Of a DNA stretch of 64,000 bases, positions 1 to 9,392 are shown piece after piece (position 1 is the stretch's first letter; each line of letters starts with the position of its first letter). The position numbers and the translations under genes were made by a program. The notes below the pieces were generated by a model. It was given only the letters and a program-made list of their open reading frames with translations. It ran no database searches and had not been told where the DNA came from. Source of the stretch: Porphyromonadaceae bacterium (lineage in GTDB: Bacteria; Bacteroidota; Bacteroidia; Bacteroidales; UBA12481); assembly GCA_007280905.1 (NCBI GenBank), contig QYQM01000061.1, positions 15,952-79,951 on the forward strand. The letters are read 5' to 3'.

Positions 1-287
1 CAATAAACAACCACACCGCTGTTTGCGCCCGGTTCAACGTTGAATTCAAGGTCCAGAATGAAGTTCTCATATTCAACCTTGGAAAAGATAATCTGATCTT
101 CGTCAGCAGTAAAAACCCCTTTGTCGCAGGTCCATACTTTCGGAGTATACTCGGTATCCGATAAATCTTCTTTAAATAATGTCGCCCAGCCTTTAGTATC
201 CGGATGACCTTTTAACGGTAGCGTAACCTGTGCAAAACCAGCCGTAGCTGTGAGCATCATGGATATTAATAATACTGAAATTTTCAT
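1..287 (-). CDS. DUF1080 (3-keto-disaccharide hydrolase/lyase family) secreted protein, truncated by window start
   Basis: Manual translation from ATG at 287: MKISVLLISMMLTATAGFAQ signal peptide, then GWATLF...YENFILDLEFNVEPGANSGVVVY, typical DUF1080 motifs; not in ORF track. Confidence 0.8.
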   Translation of the reverse strand, partial: MKISVLLISMMLTATAGFAQVTLPLKGHPDTKGWATLFKEDLSDTEYTPKVWTCDKGVFTADEDQIIFSKVEYENFILDLEFNVEPGANSGVVVY

Positions 288-314
288 AAATGCTTAATTA
301 TTAGTTATTAATTA

Positions 315-1808
315 TTATTTAGGCATTGCCGGTAAATTCCACCCATCCCGGTAAGTATGCCTGATGTATTCACCGGCACATTCCAGTGCATTGAACTTTG
401 CGTATTGGGTATTGAAATTCGGGTGTCCATCGATAACTTTAAACTCATCGGCAGTAACTATTTTTAACTCCTCGGTTGCAGAGATATTGGTGAACTTCAT
501 GTTCTCAGCATCCCATTTCAGGGATTTATTGAGACCCTGCAATCGAATGGCCAGCACGCCCAATAGTACCGCTTCGTTGAAAGGTCCGGAATAGACAAAA
601 TTTGATGTGGTTTCTTTCCTGTTTTCGGGCGATTCTTTGCAGGCACGTATCCAATCCTGCTCATGCGGGCCGTCGACATAACCGATTGCTCCCGGAATAC
701 GCGGCAGATATGGGCTAACCTGTGGTAAACGCCCCGAAAGCAAACGACTGTTAAAGCCGCCGCAACCGCAGATCAGGGTGTCTTTCGATCCAATAAAAAG
801 GCAACCTCCTAACCCATCGGCCATCAGGTTTTCACCTTCGGGAAGCATTTCGAAAACACTGGGGAGCAATCCCCCATCATACCAATGTACATTAACAACA
901 GGCATGGCTACTTTAGGCATATTATCGCGCGCTTGAAACGAAAACTTCACCGTTTCGGCCTGCGGCGCAGATTCAGTATTGATCAAGGTTGAGCTACCCT
1001 GTACTTTTTCAGGATAGCCTAATTTCAATGATTGAAAGACAGGGTCCAACACGTGGCAAGCCATATCACCGAAAGCACCGGTCCCGAAATCCCACCAGCC
1101 TCTCCAGTTCCAGGGGGTATAAGCTTCATGGTACGGTCGCAACTTTGCCGGACCGATGAACAGATCCCAATCCAATGTTTTCGGTACTGGCATTACCTGT
1201 GCCGGACGTTGCAATCCTTGCGGCCATATCGGACGGTCGGTCCAGGCATGAACTTCCCTGACCTCTCCAATCTCACCATTCCAGATCCACTCACAGAGCT
1301 GACGAACTCCATTACCTGAGTTTCCCTGGTTCCCCATTTGAGTGGCAACTCTGTGTTTGGCTGCAAGCCTGGTCAGCAGTCGTGATTCGTAAACCGAGTG
1401 GGTAAGTGGTTTCTGGCAATAGACATGCTTTCCGAGTGATAAGGCTGTGGCGGCAATCGATGCATGGGTATGATCAGCTGTCGCAACCATCACTCCGTCA
1501 ATCGAACCGCTCATCTCATCAAACATTTTGCGCCAATCCCAATAGCGTTTTGCTTTTGGGAATTCTTTAAAACACCGGTCGGCATATTTCCAGTCTACAT
1601 CACACAATCCCACGATGTTTTCAGTGGCCATCCCCACTAAGTTAGGATGGCCTTTTCCCCCAATTCCGATACCGGCAATGTTAAGCTTATCACTCGGTGC
1701 TTTGTGACCAAAACCGCTTACGGTATGACTGGGGATAATGGAAATCCCCGCAGCTGCAATTGCTGTATTTCTTAAAAAATTACGACGCGAATAATTCCTG
1801 GATATCAT
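315..1808 (-). CDS. Tat-exported Gfo/Idh/MocA family NAD-dependent oxidoreductase
   Basis: SRRNFL twin-arginine signal, GIGIGGKG Rossmann motif, ATADHTH, HVYCQKP, WRGWWDFGTGAFGDMACH. Confidence 0.92.
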   Translation of the reverse strand: MISRNYSRRNFLRNTAIAAAGISIIPSHTVSGFGHKAPSDKLNIAGIGIGGKGHPNLVGMATENIVGLCDVDWKYADRCFKEFPKAKRYWDWRKMFDEMSGSIDGVMVATADHTHASIAATALSLGKHVYCQKPLTHSVYESRLLTRLAAKHRVATQMGNQGNSGNGVRQLCEWIWNGEIGEVREVHAWTDRPIWPQGLQRPAQVMPVPKTLDWDLFIGPAKLRPYHEAYTPWNWRGWWDFGTGAFGDMACHVLDPVFQSLKLGYPEKVQGSSTLINTESAPQAETVKFSFQARDNMPKVAMPVVNVHWYDGGLLPSVFEMLPEGENLMADGLGGCLFIGSKDTLICGCGGFNSRLLSGRLPQVSPYLPRIPGAIGYVDGPHEQDWIRACKESPENRKETTSNFVYSGPFNEAVLLGVLAIRLQGLNKSLKWDAENMKFTNISATEELKIVTADEFKVIDGHPNFNTQYAKFNALECAGEYIRHTYRDGWNLPAMPK

Positions 1809-1819
1809 TGGTTTCAGTG

Positions 1820-2593
1820 TTATTTGGTGGATTGAAGTTCTTTAATCTTGATGTTGCGATACCAGACTTTCGTCCCATGGTTTTGCAGTGAAATATTTCC
1901 TTCGACGAATTTCCCCCAATCAGGGAAATTGGACCATTTTCCACTGTTGCGGAGTTTCAGCCATTCCTCGGAATTCTTCTCATATTTTACTACCACTTCA
2001 CCATTCAAAATTTGTGTCACCTGATTGCCTTCTACAACCAGAAACAGGTGATTCCATTCACCAACAGCCTTGTAAGGTTTTACCATTGGGGGATACATGG
2101 CATAATTTGCACCGTTGATCTGCCAATCTTCCAACTTGTCAGGCCAGTTTTCGTGATCTATTATCTGGAACTCCGGACCTGTTTCGTAAGGGAATTTGTA
2201 TTTCGGATTCTCCACCACCTGGAATATGATACCACTATTAGCTCCTTTGGTAAGCTTATAGTCAACACTAAATGCAAAATCCCGATACTTTTGATTGGTA
2301 ATGATATCCTGGTCTTCACCACCCCCTTTGCTATTCATGGTCAAAGCTCCATCTTCAATAGTCCAGCAATCAGGAAATACTTTCATATTATACCCATGCC
2401 AGCCATCTGTTGTTTTTCCATCAAACAGCAATTTCCAACTGTTTTTCTTTTCTTTGTTAACCAGCGTGTTGGGTGTTGAATTTCTATCCAACTCAGCATA
2501 AAGAGATATTGCATCTTTTTTGGTTAATGTACTGCACGAGATAACCGCAATAGCCATTAAACAAAGCGAAATTTCTAACGTTAGTTTTTTCAT
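1820..2593 (-). CDS. DUF1080 domain lipoprotein
   Basis: Lipobox AVISC; WKLLFDGKTTDGW, GANSGI, GPEFQIID, LQNHG..VWYRNIKIKEL. Confidence 0.9.
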   Translation of the reverse strand: MKKLTLEISLCLMAIAVISCSTLTKKDAISLYAELDRNSTPNTLVNKEKKNSWKLLFDGKTTDGWHGYNMKVFPDCWTIEDGALTMNSKGGGEDQDIITNQKYRDFAFSVDYKLTKGANSGIIFQVVENPKYKFPYETGPEFQIIDHENWPDKLEDWQINGANYAMYPPMVKPYKAVGEWNHLFLVVEGNQVTQILNGEVVVKYEKNSEEWLKLRNSGKWSNFPDWGKFVEGNISLQNHGTKVWYRNIKIKELQSTK

Positions 2594-2671
2594 TTTTATT
2601 AAGCCTTTTGATGTTGTGCTAATTATTACTGAAAAATAGTAGTATTTTTCAGCACATCAACATGATCTGAA

Positions 2672-5600
2672 ATGAAAAATCATATGAAAAAAATACTTAC
2701 CATCGTTTTCCGGTGTTTGCTGATGCTTATTTTTCTTGACGGATCAGTTTTAGCTCAAACCGACAGCAAAATCTTATATTATCCGGGTTTTGATAAAGGG
2801 ATCAGCGGGGTGGATTTCAATTACAGATCACCATTACCCCAAAATGAAAATGCCTATATCCTCCGGAATTCATTTGAAATTCCGGAAATGAATTGGAAAA
2901 CTGTATCGGTTAACCAATCAGGCATATCCGGAAAGGTTGCTTTTGTCTTTATGGCAGCTATGTCAACCGACAATCCGGGTCTCGAATACAGGCTGAAAGT
3001 TAATAATGAGGAGGTTTTCAACTTTACCAATTCATCGGAGAAATCCTGGTCAGTACAAGGCTCCCAAGGCGGTGAATTGTCATTTTACCAGGCGAAAAAT
3101 ATTCCCGGCGTTGAAGTAAACGGATTTATGATATTAACCCTTCCGGCAAAAAAGATAAAACTTAAAGAACCTTTGGATTTAAAGGTTTCCCTGTTACCGA
3201 CACAGAAAAATGCATGGATCATCATTTTCAAAAAAGCCATACAATCGGGTACAACACTGAACAACGTGCCGGTATTGGTCAAAGAAAGCGGTGTGGTGAA
3301 TCAGCAGGTAAAGATCAGTCAGGTCCAATTCCGGAACCCCTGTCGTGTAATATTCACCTCGGGAGGAAAGGAGCTGCTTACCAGCCAGACGAAGATCGGG
3401 TTTAACCAGTTCTTCGTTCCGGTTCCAATGGTAAAGTCGGATAAAAAATTGGTTATCAACGCAAAATACGAGAACGGAACCAATGAGCAGCTAAGAATCA
3501 CGCTGACTCCAGTTAAAAAATGGGAGATGTACCTGGTGCAGCACGCTCATACCGATATCGGATACACCCGCCCGCAATCTGAGATCCTTGCGGAGCATTT
3601 GCGCTATATCGATTATGCTCTTGATTATTGCGACCAGACTGACAACCTGCCTGATGATGCAAAATTCCGCTGGACTTGCGAGTCTACCTGGGTGGTCCGG
3701 GAATATTTACGAACACGTCCGCAATCTCAGATCGACCGGTTTAAAAATCGGATCGGTGAAGGCCGGATAGAGGTTACCGGGATGTATTTCAATATGGCCG
3801 AGATTGCCGATGAGAATATTATGTTCGATTTTCTTCAACCGTTAAGGGAGATTAAAGATCAGGGGATTACAGTAAAAACAACCATGCAGAATGATGTAAA
3901 CGGTGTTGCCTGGTGTTTACCTGATTATTTAAAAAATACCGGTGTACGGTATCTGACTATGGGAATCAACGAAACACGTTCTATCCTGCCATTTAAGATC
4001 CCAACCTGCTTCTGGTGGGAAGCGCCATCCGGGTCGCGCCTGCTCGCTTTCCGGAGTGACCATTATATGACAGGTAATTTTTTCGGTCTGCCTGAGAATA
4101 ACTCTTTCGATCCGGATAAGCTATTTGAATATTTAAAAAATCTGGAAGATAATACTTATCCGTTCGACCGTATTGCAATTCAGTTTTCCGGATATTTTAC
4201 CGATAATTCACCTCCGTCAACCGGTGCCTGTGAAATTATTAAAGCCTGGAATGAAAATTATGAATCGCCGAAACTCCGGCTGGCAACTGCCTCAGAGTTC
4301 CTGGAATATGTAGAAAAGAATTATTCAGCATCTCTGCCGGTTTACCGGAATGCATGGCTCGACTGGTGGACCGACGGGTTCGGTTCCACTTCGCGTGAAA
4401 CGGCTAAGGTACGCAAGACCCAAAACCTGATGCAGGTAGACGAGGGTTTATTTGCAATGGTTTCCATGCTGGGCGGCGACTTATCGGTTGACCTGAAAAG
4501 CAAAATCGAACATATAAGCGAAAATGCCCTCTTCTTCGATGAGCATACCTTTGGGGCCGATGAGAGTATCGATCGTCCCTATTCCGAAAATTCAACGGAG
4601 CAATGGTTGCAAAAAGGGGCGTATGCGTGGGAAGCGTTTAAAAAAGTCACTTTGCTTAATGAAGATGCCCTGGGCCGGATCCAGCCTTATCTTAAAAAGG
4701 CAGACTTTCCTGCGATTTACGTTTTGAATTCAATGGGTTGGGCTCGTTCCGGAGTGGTTGAACTTTTTGTGGATAATCAAATAATCCCCTCAAAGAAACA
4801 ATTCAAAATCATTGATCTTTCAACAAATAGGGAGATTCAGGTTCAGTTGGTCCGAAGCCGGAGTGAAGGAGCCTATTGGGCTTTGAAGGTGGAAAATGTA
4901 CCTGCGCTGGGTTGGAAAGCCTTTAAAGTTGAAGTAGGCAACCTGGATGCAGTAGCCCCTGATAATAAGGGTGATGTTTTGAAAACAATTGAAAATCAAT
5001 ATTATAGGTTAAGTTTTGATGTTACAACCGGTGCTGTCAGCAGTTGGTACGATAAGGAACTGAAAAAGGAATTACTCGATAAGGAAAATCCCTGGAAAAT
5101 TGGCCAGCTGGTACGTGAAACCCTTTCCGATAGGAATAATATGAAAGAGACTGTACATACAACCGTTACGAATGTGAAAATGGAAAAGGGTGCAAAAGGG
5201 GATTTATGGCAGAGTGTAAAATTTTCAGCCGATCTTGAGGGTTTTGAAAAGGGAACTCCCTTGGCTCCAACCGGGCTGGAATGGGAGATCCGATTGTATA
5301 ATAAAACCAAATTGATTGAATTTCATTTTCTGGGCAGAAAAGAAATTCTGACCAATCCAGAAGCGCTATATGTCACATTCCCGTTTAATTTGCCCGGTTC
5401 ACGGATTGTTTTTGAAACCATAGGCGGCACACTGACTCAGGGAAAACAATTGCCAGGTTCGTCGTCCGATTGGAATGTGGCTCAGAATTATGTTTCTGTG
5501 AGAAGTGCAGCGGAGCAGATTATAATGGTGAGCGATGAAATCCCGCTTTGGCAATTCGGAGGGTTTAATTTGGGTAAGTTCGAACGGTATCCTAAACCAT

Positions 5601-6070
5601 GCAAACCCTGGCTCTATTCCTGGGTTATGAATAATTACTGGTTCACAAATTTCCGGGCTTTCCAGGAAGGTGGATTTCACTGGACCTATCAGATCACCAC
5701 TACAAAAGATACGACCAATTCTGCGGCGGCCCAATTTGCCCGGGGAGTGCGTAATCCATTCCTGACCAGGACATTCCCTGCCGGAAAAAATGAACTTATG
5801 ACTTCTGTTTTCGGGACGGTCAATATCGCTGGATCACCAAACATATTACTCGTCAATGCCAGACCGTCATTTAATAAGCCTGGCAGCATATTAATCCATC
5901 TCCGCGAATTGGATGGAAAACCGGGGACATTAACAATCTCTTCGGCAATTGAAGGGCGGCCTATACGCAGAATGGCGGAAGTCAATGTGATCGGAGAGGA
6001 AATTGGCCAGCCTTTGGAATCAGTTAAACTAAATCCGTTTGAAGAAAAATTCATTCAGATAGAGTATTGA
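2672..6070 (+). CDS. Secreted glycoside hydrolase family 38 (alpha-mannosidase-like)
   Basis: Signal peptide; HAHTDIGYT metal-binding motif, FRWTCE, MQNDVNG, FDEHTFG, SWVMNNYWFTNF. Confidence 0.85.
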   Translation: MKNHMKKILTIVFRCLLMLIFLDGSVLAQTDSKILYYPGFDKGISGVDFNYRSPLPQNENAYILRNSFEIPEMNWKTVSVNQSGISGKVAFVFMAAMSTDNPGLEYRLKVNNEEVFNFTNSSEKSWSVQGSQGGELSFYQAKNIPGVEVNGFMILTLPAKKIKLKEPLDLKVSLLPTQKNAWIIIFKKAIQSGTTLNNVPVLVKESGVVNQQVKISQVQFRNPCRVIFTSGGKELLTSQTKIGFNQFFVPVPMVKSDKKLVINAKYENGTNEQLRITLTPVKKWEMYLVQHAHTDIGYTRPQSEILAEHLRYIDYALDYCDQTDNLPDDAKFRWTCESTWVVREYLRTRPQSQIDRFKNRIGEGRIEVTGMYFNMAEIADENIMFDFLQPLREIKDQGITVKTTMQNDVNGVAWCLPDYLKNTGVRYLTMGINETRSILPFKIPTCFWWEAPSGSRLLAFRSDHYMTGNFFGLPENNSFDPDKLFEYLKNLEDNTYPFDRIAIQFSGYFTDNSPPSTGACEIIKAWNENYESPKLRLATASEFLEYVEKNYSASLPVYRNAWLDWWTDGFGSTSRETAKVRKTQNLMQVDEGLFAMVSMLGGDLSVDLKSKIEHISENALFFDEHTFGADESIDRPYSENSTEQWLQKGAYAWEAFKKVTLLNEDALGRIQPYLKKADFPAIYVLNSMGWARSGVVELFVDNQIIPSKKQFKIIDLSTNREIQVQLVRSRSEGAYWALKVENVPALGWKAFKVEVGNLDAVAPDNKGDVLKTIENQYYRLSFDVTTGAVSSWYDKELKKELLDKENPWKIGQLVRETLSDRNNMKETVHTTVTNVKMEKGAKGDLWQSVKFSADLEGFEKGTPLAPTGLEWEIRLYNKTKLIEFHFLGRKEILTNPEALYVTFPFNLPGSRIVFETIGGTLTQGKQLPGSSSDWNVAQNYVSVRSAAEQIIMVSDEIPLWQFGGFNLGKFERYPKPCKPWLYSWVMNNYWFTNFRAFQEGGFHWTYQITTTKDTTNSAAAQFARGVRNPFLTRTFPAGKNELMTSVFGTVNIAGSPNILLVNARPSFNKPGSILIHLRELDGKPGTLTISSAIEGRPIRRMAEVNVIGEEIGQPLESVKLNPFEEKFIQIEY

Positions 6071-6084
6071 CGATAGGTGACGAG

Positions 6085-6260
6085 TTTAGAGATTCGAAGA
6101 CCAATTCTGAATTTTGAAGTGTAAGATTCAGGTTGGGGTCAATATAGCAATTGGTCAATATGCCAATGAGCTAATGCTTCGATCATCCGGGTAAATTAAC
6201 CATCAGAGCTCACTTGAATCTGTAACTTCAGCATTCAGAATTGGTCTTCGAATCTCTAAA
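6085..6260. mobile_element. 176-bp non-coding element with 49-bp imperfect terminal inverted repeats (MITE-like or long hairpin)
   Basis: 6085-6112 TTTAGAGATTCGAAGACCAATTCTGAAT is the exact reverse complement of 6233-6260; pairing extends imperfectly to 6133/6212; no target-site duplication seen. Confidence 0.55.
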
Positions 6261-6263
6261 TTT

Positions 6264-7106
6264 CTACTTCTTAACGAAGTTCCCCGTCTGGTAATCCTCA
6301 AATGCCTGATAAAGCTCTTCCTTCGTGTTCATTACGATCGGTCCGCGCCAGGCGATCTCTTCATGAAGCGGCTTACCTCCGATCAGCAGGAAGCGGGCGC
6401 TGGTTTTGTCCGATGCAATAAATATCTGATCGCCGGAGATCAGTTTTACTAAAGTTCCGGCTCCAATGCGATTTGTCATTTGCTGGTCGAAGTAGGCTGA
6501 CCCTTCAAACACATAAGCAAAAAAGGTGTGATCCGGATTGACATCAAAAGTTTGCTGGATACCCACTGGTACGGTCATATCCATAAACAGCGGTTTAACC
6601 ACAATATCTTTAACCGGACCTGTGAATTCACCAAATTTGCCGGCGGCAAGACGGATGTGGATACCTTTCCAGTCGAATGCAGGGATGAGATACGCGGGAA
6701 TATCCTGGTACCGGGGTGCCATCATTTTATGCGAAGCCGGGAGGTTTACCCACAACTGAAACCCGCTCAGCACACCGTCAAATTTCTGAGGCATTTCCTG
6801 GTGAAGAATGCCGCTTCCGGCAGTCATCCATTGAATATCACCGGATTTAATAACCCCTTTGTTTCGCATGCTATCCTCGTGCTCCACCTCCCCGGAAAGC
6901 ATATAGGTCACCGTTTCAATCCCGCGGTGAGGATGCCAGGGAAATCCTGCCATGTAATCAACTGGATCATCCGATCCAAAATGATCGAGCATCAGGAAAG
7001 GATCTAACCATCCTTTGCGCGGATATCCAAACACCCGCTGCAACTTCACTCCGGCCCCTTCTAAAACCGGTGTGCTTCCAAGTGTGCTTTCAATTTTTCT
7101 GATCAT
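6264..7106 (-). CDS. Pirin family protein
   Basis: DPFLMLDHF, GFPWHPHRGIETVTY, QWMTAGSGILHQEMP, GFQLWVNLP, GPIVMN. Confidence 0.95.
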   Translation of the reverse strand: MIRKIESTLGSTPVLEGAGVKLQRVFGYPRKGWLDPFLMLDHFGSDDPVDYMAGFPWHPHRGIETVTYMLSGEVEHEDSMRNKGVIKSGDIQWMTAGSGILHQEMPQKFDGVLSGFQLWVNLPASHKMMAPRYQDIPAYLIPAFDWKGIHIRLAAGKFGEFTGPVKDIVVKPLFMDMTVPVGIQQTFDVNPDHTFFAYVFEGSAYFDQQMTNRIGAGTLVKLISGDQIFIASDKTSARFLLIGGKPLHEEIAWRGPIVMNTKEELYQAFEDYQTGNFVKK

Positions 7107-7118
7107 GGCATCATGGTT

Positions 7119-8309
7119 TTATTCTTTCAGCGATTCCTTAATTAATTGAAAGGTCCGTTCAATATCATTGTCAAGACCAACCGAAAAACGAATCAATCCT
7201 TCCGATAACCCCATTTCGTGCTGAATGTAATCAGGAATCTCCGAAGAGGTGCTCTTTCCCGAATTGCTGAACAGGGTTTTGAAATATCCAAGACTAACGG
7301 CCAGGTAGCCAACTCCTTTCATTTCCATCGCTTCCATAACTTTACTTGACTTCTCAGCGGTTATCAGGTCGATGGCAATCATGCCTCCAAAACCAAATCC
7401 CGGATTCATCATCGATTTCAAAAGCTCATGGCCAGAATGTTCCGGTACTCCGGGGTATATGAATTTCAGTCCAATTGTTTTGAATTTATCTGCAAGATAT
7501 TGAGCATTATAACTGTGCTGCTTCATACGGATATGAAGAGTATGAAGATTTTTTAAAATCGATGAGGAACGCATGGGATCGAGCGCTGGTCCAAGCAGCA
7601 TGGCGGTACCATTATTGACATCAATCAGGGAACAAATGTATTCAGTTGTTGAACAGATGGCTCCTGCCAGGCAATCGTTTTTCCCGTTGATGAATTTGGT
7701 CATGCTGTATACCGTAATATCGGCTCCCAGGCGGCACGGCGATACAATCATTGGCGTAAACGTATTGTCAACAATAAGTTTTGCTCCATGGGCATGGGCA
7801 ATTTTCGAAAGCGCCGGAATATCCGAGATCTGAAGCATCGGATTGGTCATCGTCTCCGTGTAAATAAGCTTGGTATTTGGTCTGATGGCCTTCTTAACTG
7901 CGACAAGATCGGTGATATTTACAAAGGTGACTTCAATATTGAATTTTTTGATCCAGTTGCTCAGAAAAGCAAACGTACCTCCATAACAGGTTACACTGGA
8001 GACAATGTGGTCACCTGAGGTTACTCCATGCAGCAGTGCGCAGGTTATTGCGCTCATTCCTGAAGAGGTCACCCATGCAGCTTCCGTGCCTTCCATTGCG
8101 GCCAGTGCATCCGATAGATATTTGTTACTGGGATTCCAATGGCGGCTATATAAAAAACAACCCTGTGTTTCTCCGTGGAAAGTATCGGCCATGGTTTTGG
8201 CCTGCATAAAAGTAAAGGTGGCACTGTCGGTAATCGAAGGGTTAACATCTCCATACTCACCAAACTGCAGCAGGTCCTGGATATTTGAAGCCGGATCAAA
8301 AGATTTCAT
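7119..8309 (-). CDS. PLP-dependent trans-sulfuration enzyme (methionine gamma-lyase/cystathionine lyase family)
   Basis: YSRHWNP, SSGMSAI, YGGT, ETMTNP, VDNTF, SMTKFING (PLP lysine), LIRFSVGL. Confidence 0.88.
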   Translation of the reverse strand: MKSFDPASNIQDLLQFGEYGDVNPSITDSATFTFMQAKTMADTFHGETQGCFLYSRHWNPSNKYLSDALAAMEGTEAAWVTSSGMSAITCALLHGVTSGDHIVSSVTCYGGTFAFLSNWIKKFNIEVTFVNITDLVAVKKAIRPNTKLIYTETMTNPMLQISDIPALSKIAHAHGAKLIVDNTFTPMIVSPCRLGADITVYSMTKFINGKNDCLAGAICSTTEYICSLIDVNNGTAMLLGPALDPMRSSSILKNLHTLHIRMKQHSYNAQYLADKFKTIGLKFIYPGVPEHSGHELLKSMMNPGFGFGGMIAIDLITAEKSSKVMEAMEMKGVGYLAVSLGYFKTLFSNSGKSTSSEIPDYIQHEMGLSEGLIRFSVGLDNDIERTFQLIKESLKE

Positions 8310-8386
8310 GAAATCACGTATTTAGATTAGAATTTCTTTACCAAAATACGCAAAATTTGCCTAATAAAATGCGTGCCATTGCACTT

Positions 8387-8412
8387 GTCATCCCCGCGAA
8401 GGCGAGGATCCC
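8387..8412. repeat. REP-like palindrome GTCATCCCCGCGAAGGCGAGGATCCC downstream of aroC
   Basis: Hairpin ATCC-C-CGC GAAG GCG-A-GGAT; 21/26 identical to a second copy at 16490-16515. Confidence 0.7.
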
Positions 8413-8428
8413 ACAATGCTACTCCGAG

Positions 8429-9392
8429 TTATGCCATAAACCCCGCCAGCACGATCGCCGTAATGGCTTCCAGTACTACTGGCACCCGCAAGGCAATACA
8501 GGTATCATGCCGACCGCCGATCATCAGTTCTTCAAGCTTTCCGCTTTCGAAATTGATGGTTTGCTGAGGTTGTGATGTGCTTGAAGTAGGCTTGACTACA
8601 ACCCTGAAAACTAAATCATTGCCGTTGGTCAATCCACCGTTGATTCCACCAGCATGATTCGTAGCGGTTTTTCCATCCAGGGATGTGATCCGGTCGTTAT
8701 GCTCGGATCCTTTCATCTTTGCAGCTGCGAACCCGCTGCCGAATTCAATGCCTTTAACAGCAGGGATGGCAAATGCTGCATGAGCCAGCATTGATTCCAC
8801 GGAATCAAAGAAAGGCTCACCTATCCCAATAGGCATGGGCGATGCCACGCATTCAATGATCCCTCCGATGGAGTCTTTTTCTTCTATAGCTCTGGCAATA
8901 GCTGCTTCAATGTCACTGTTGCCACCTGCTTCCACGAGCCGGGCTGATATCTGGATCGCTCCGATCATTTTTTTTGCCACTACCCCGGCTGCTACCAAAG
9001 CCAGGGTTAGCCTTCCGCTGAAATGTCCGCCACCCCGATGGTCATTGAAACCATCAAACTTCATCTTTGCTACCCAATCTGCATGCCCGGGTCTGGGCTG
9101 CTTCAGGATATGGTCATAGTCTCCTGATTTAATATTTTTGATTTTCAAATACTATAGTCAATGGAGCTCCCGTGGTGTATCCATTAAACCATCCTGATAC
9201 AATTCTCGGCTGATCGGCCTCCACTCGTGGTGTGGTACCTCTTGCTCCCGGTTGCCGGCGTCGGATATCATCCGTAAAATCTGTTTCTGATAATGGAACA
9301 CCCGGTTTGCAACCATCTATTGTGATGCCAAGAAGCGGACCATGTGACTCGCCGAAAATGCTGACCCTGAAACGATTACCGAAACTATTCAT
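8429..9392 (-). pseudogene. aroC: Chorismate synthase split by a 1-nt frameshift (real lesion or sequencing error)
   Basis: N-part 9129-9392 (FGESHG, RRRQPG, TTGAP) and C-part 8429-9148 (PRPGHAD, RGGGHFSGR, GGINGG, KPTSS, GRHDTC); removing one A from the CAAAAAT run (plus strand T5 at 9135-9139) gives one 320-aa ORF. Confidence 0.88.

Noticed and set aside
8357-8575. 72-aa ORF containing VIPAKARI
   Set aside because: Translation of the REP-like palindrome running antisense into aroC; no evidence it is a gene
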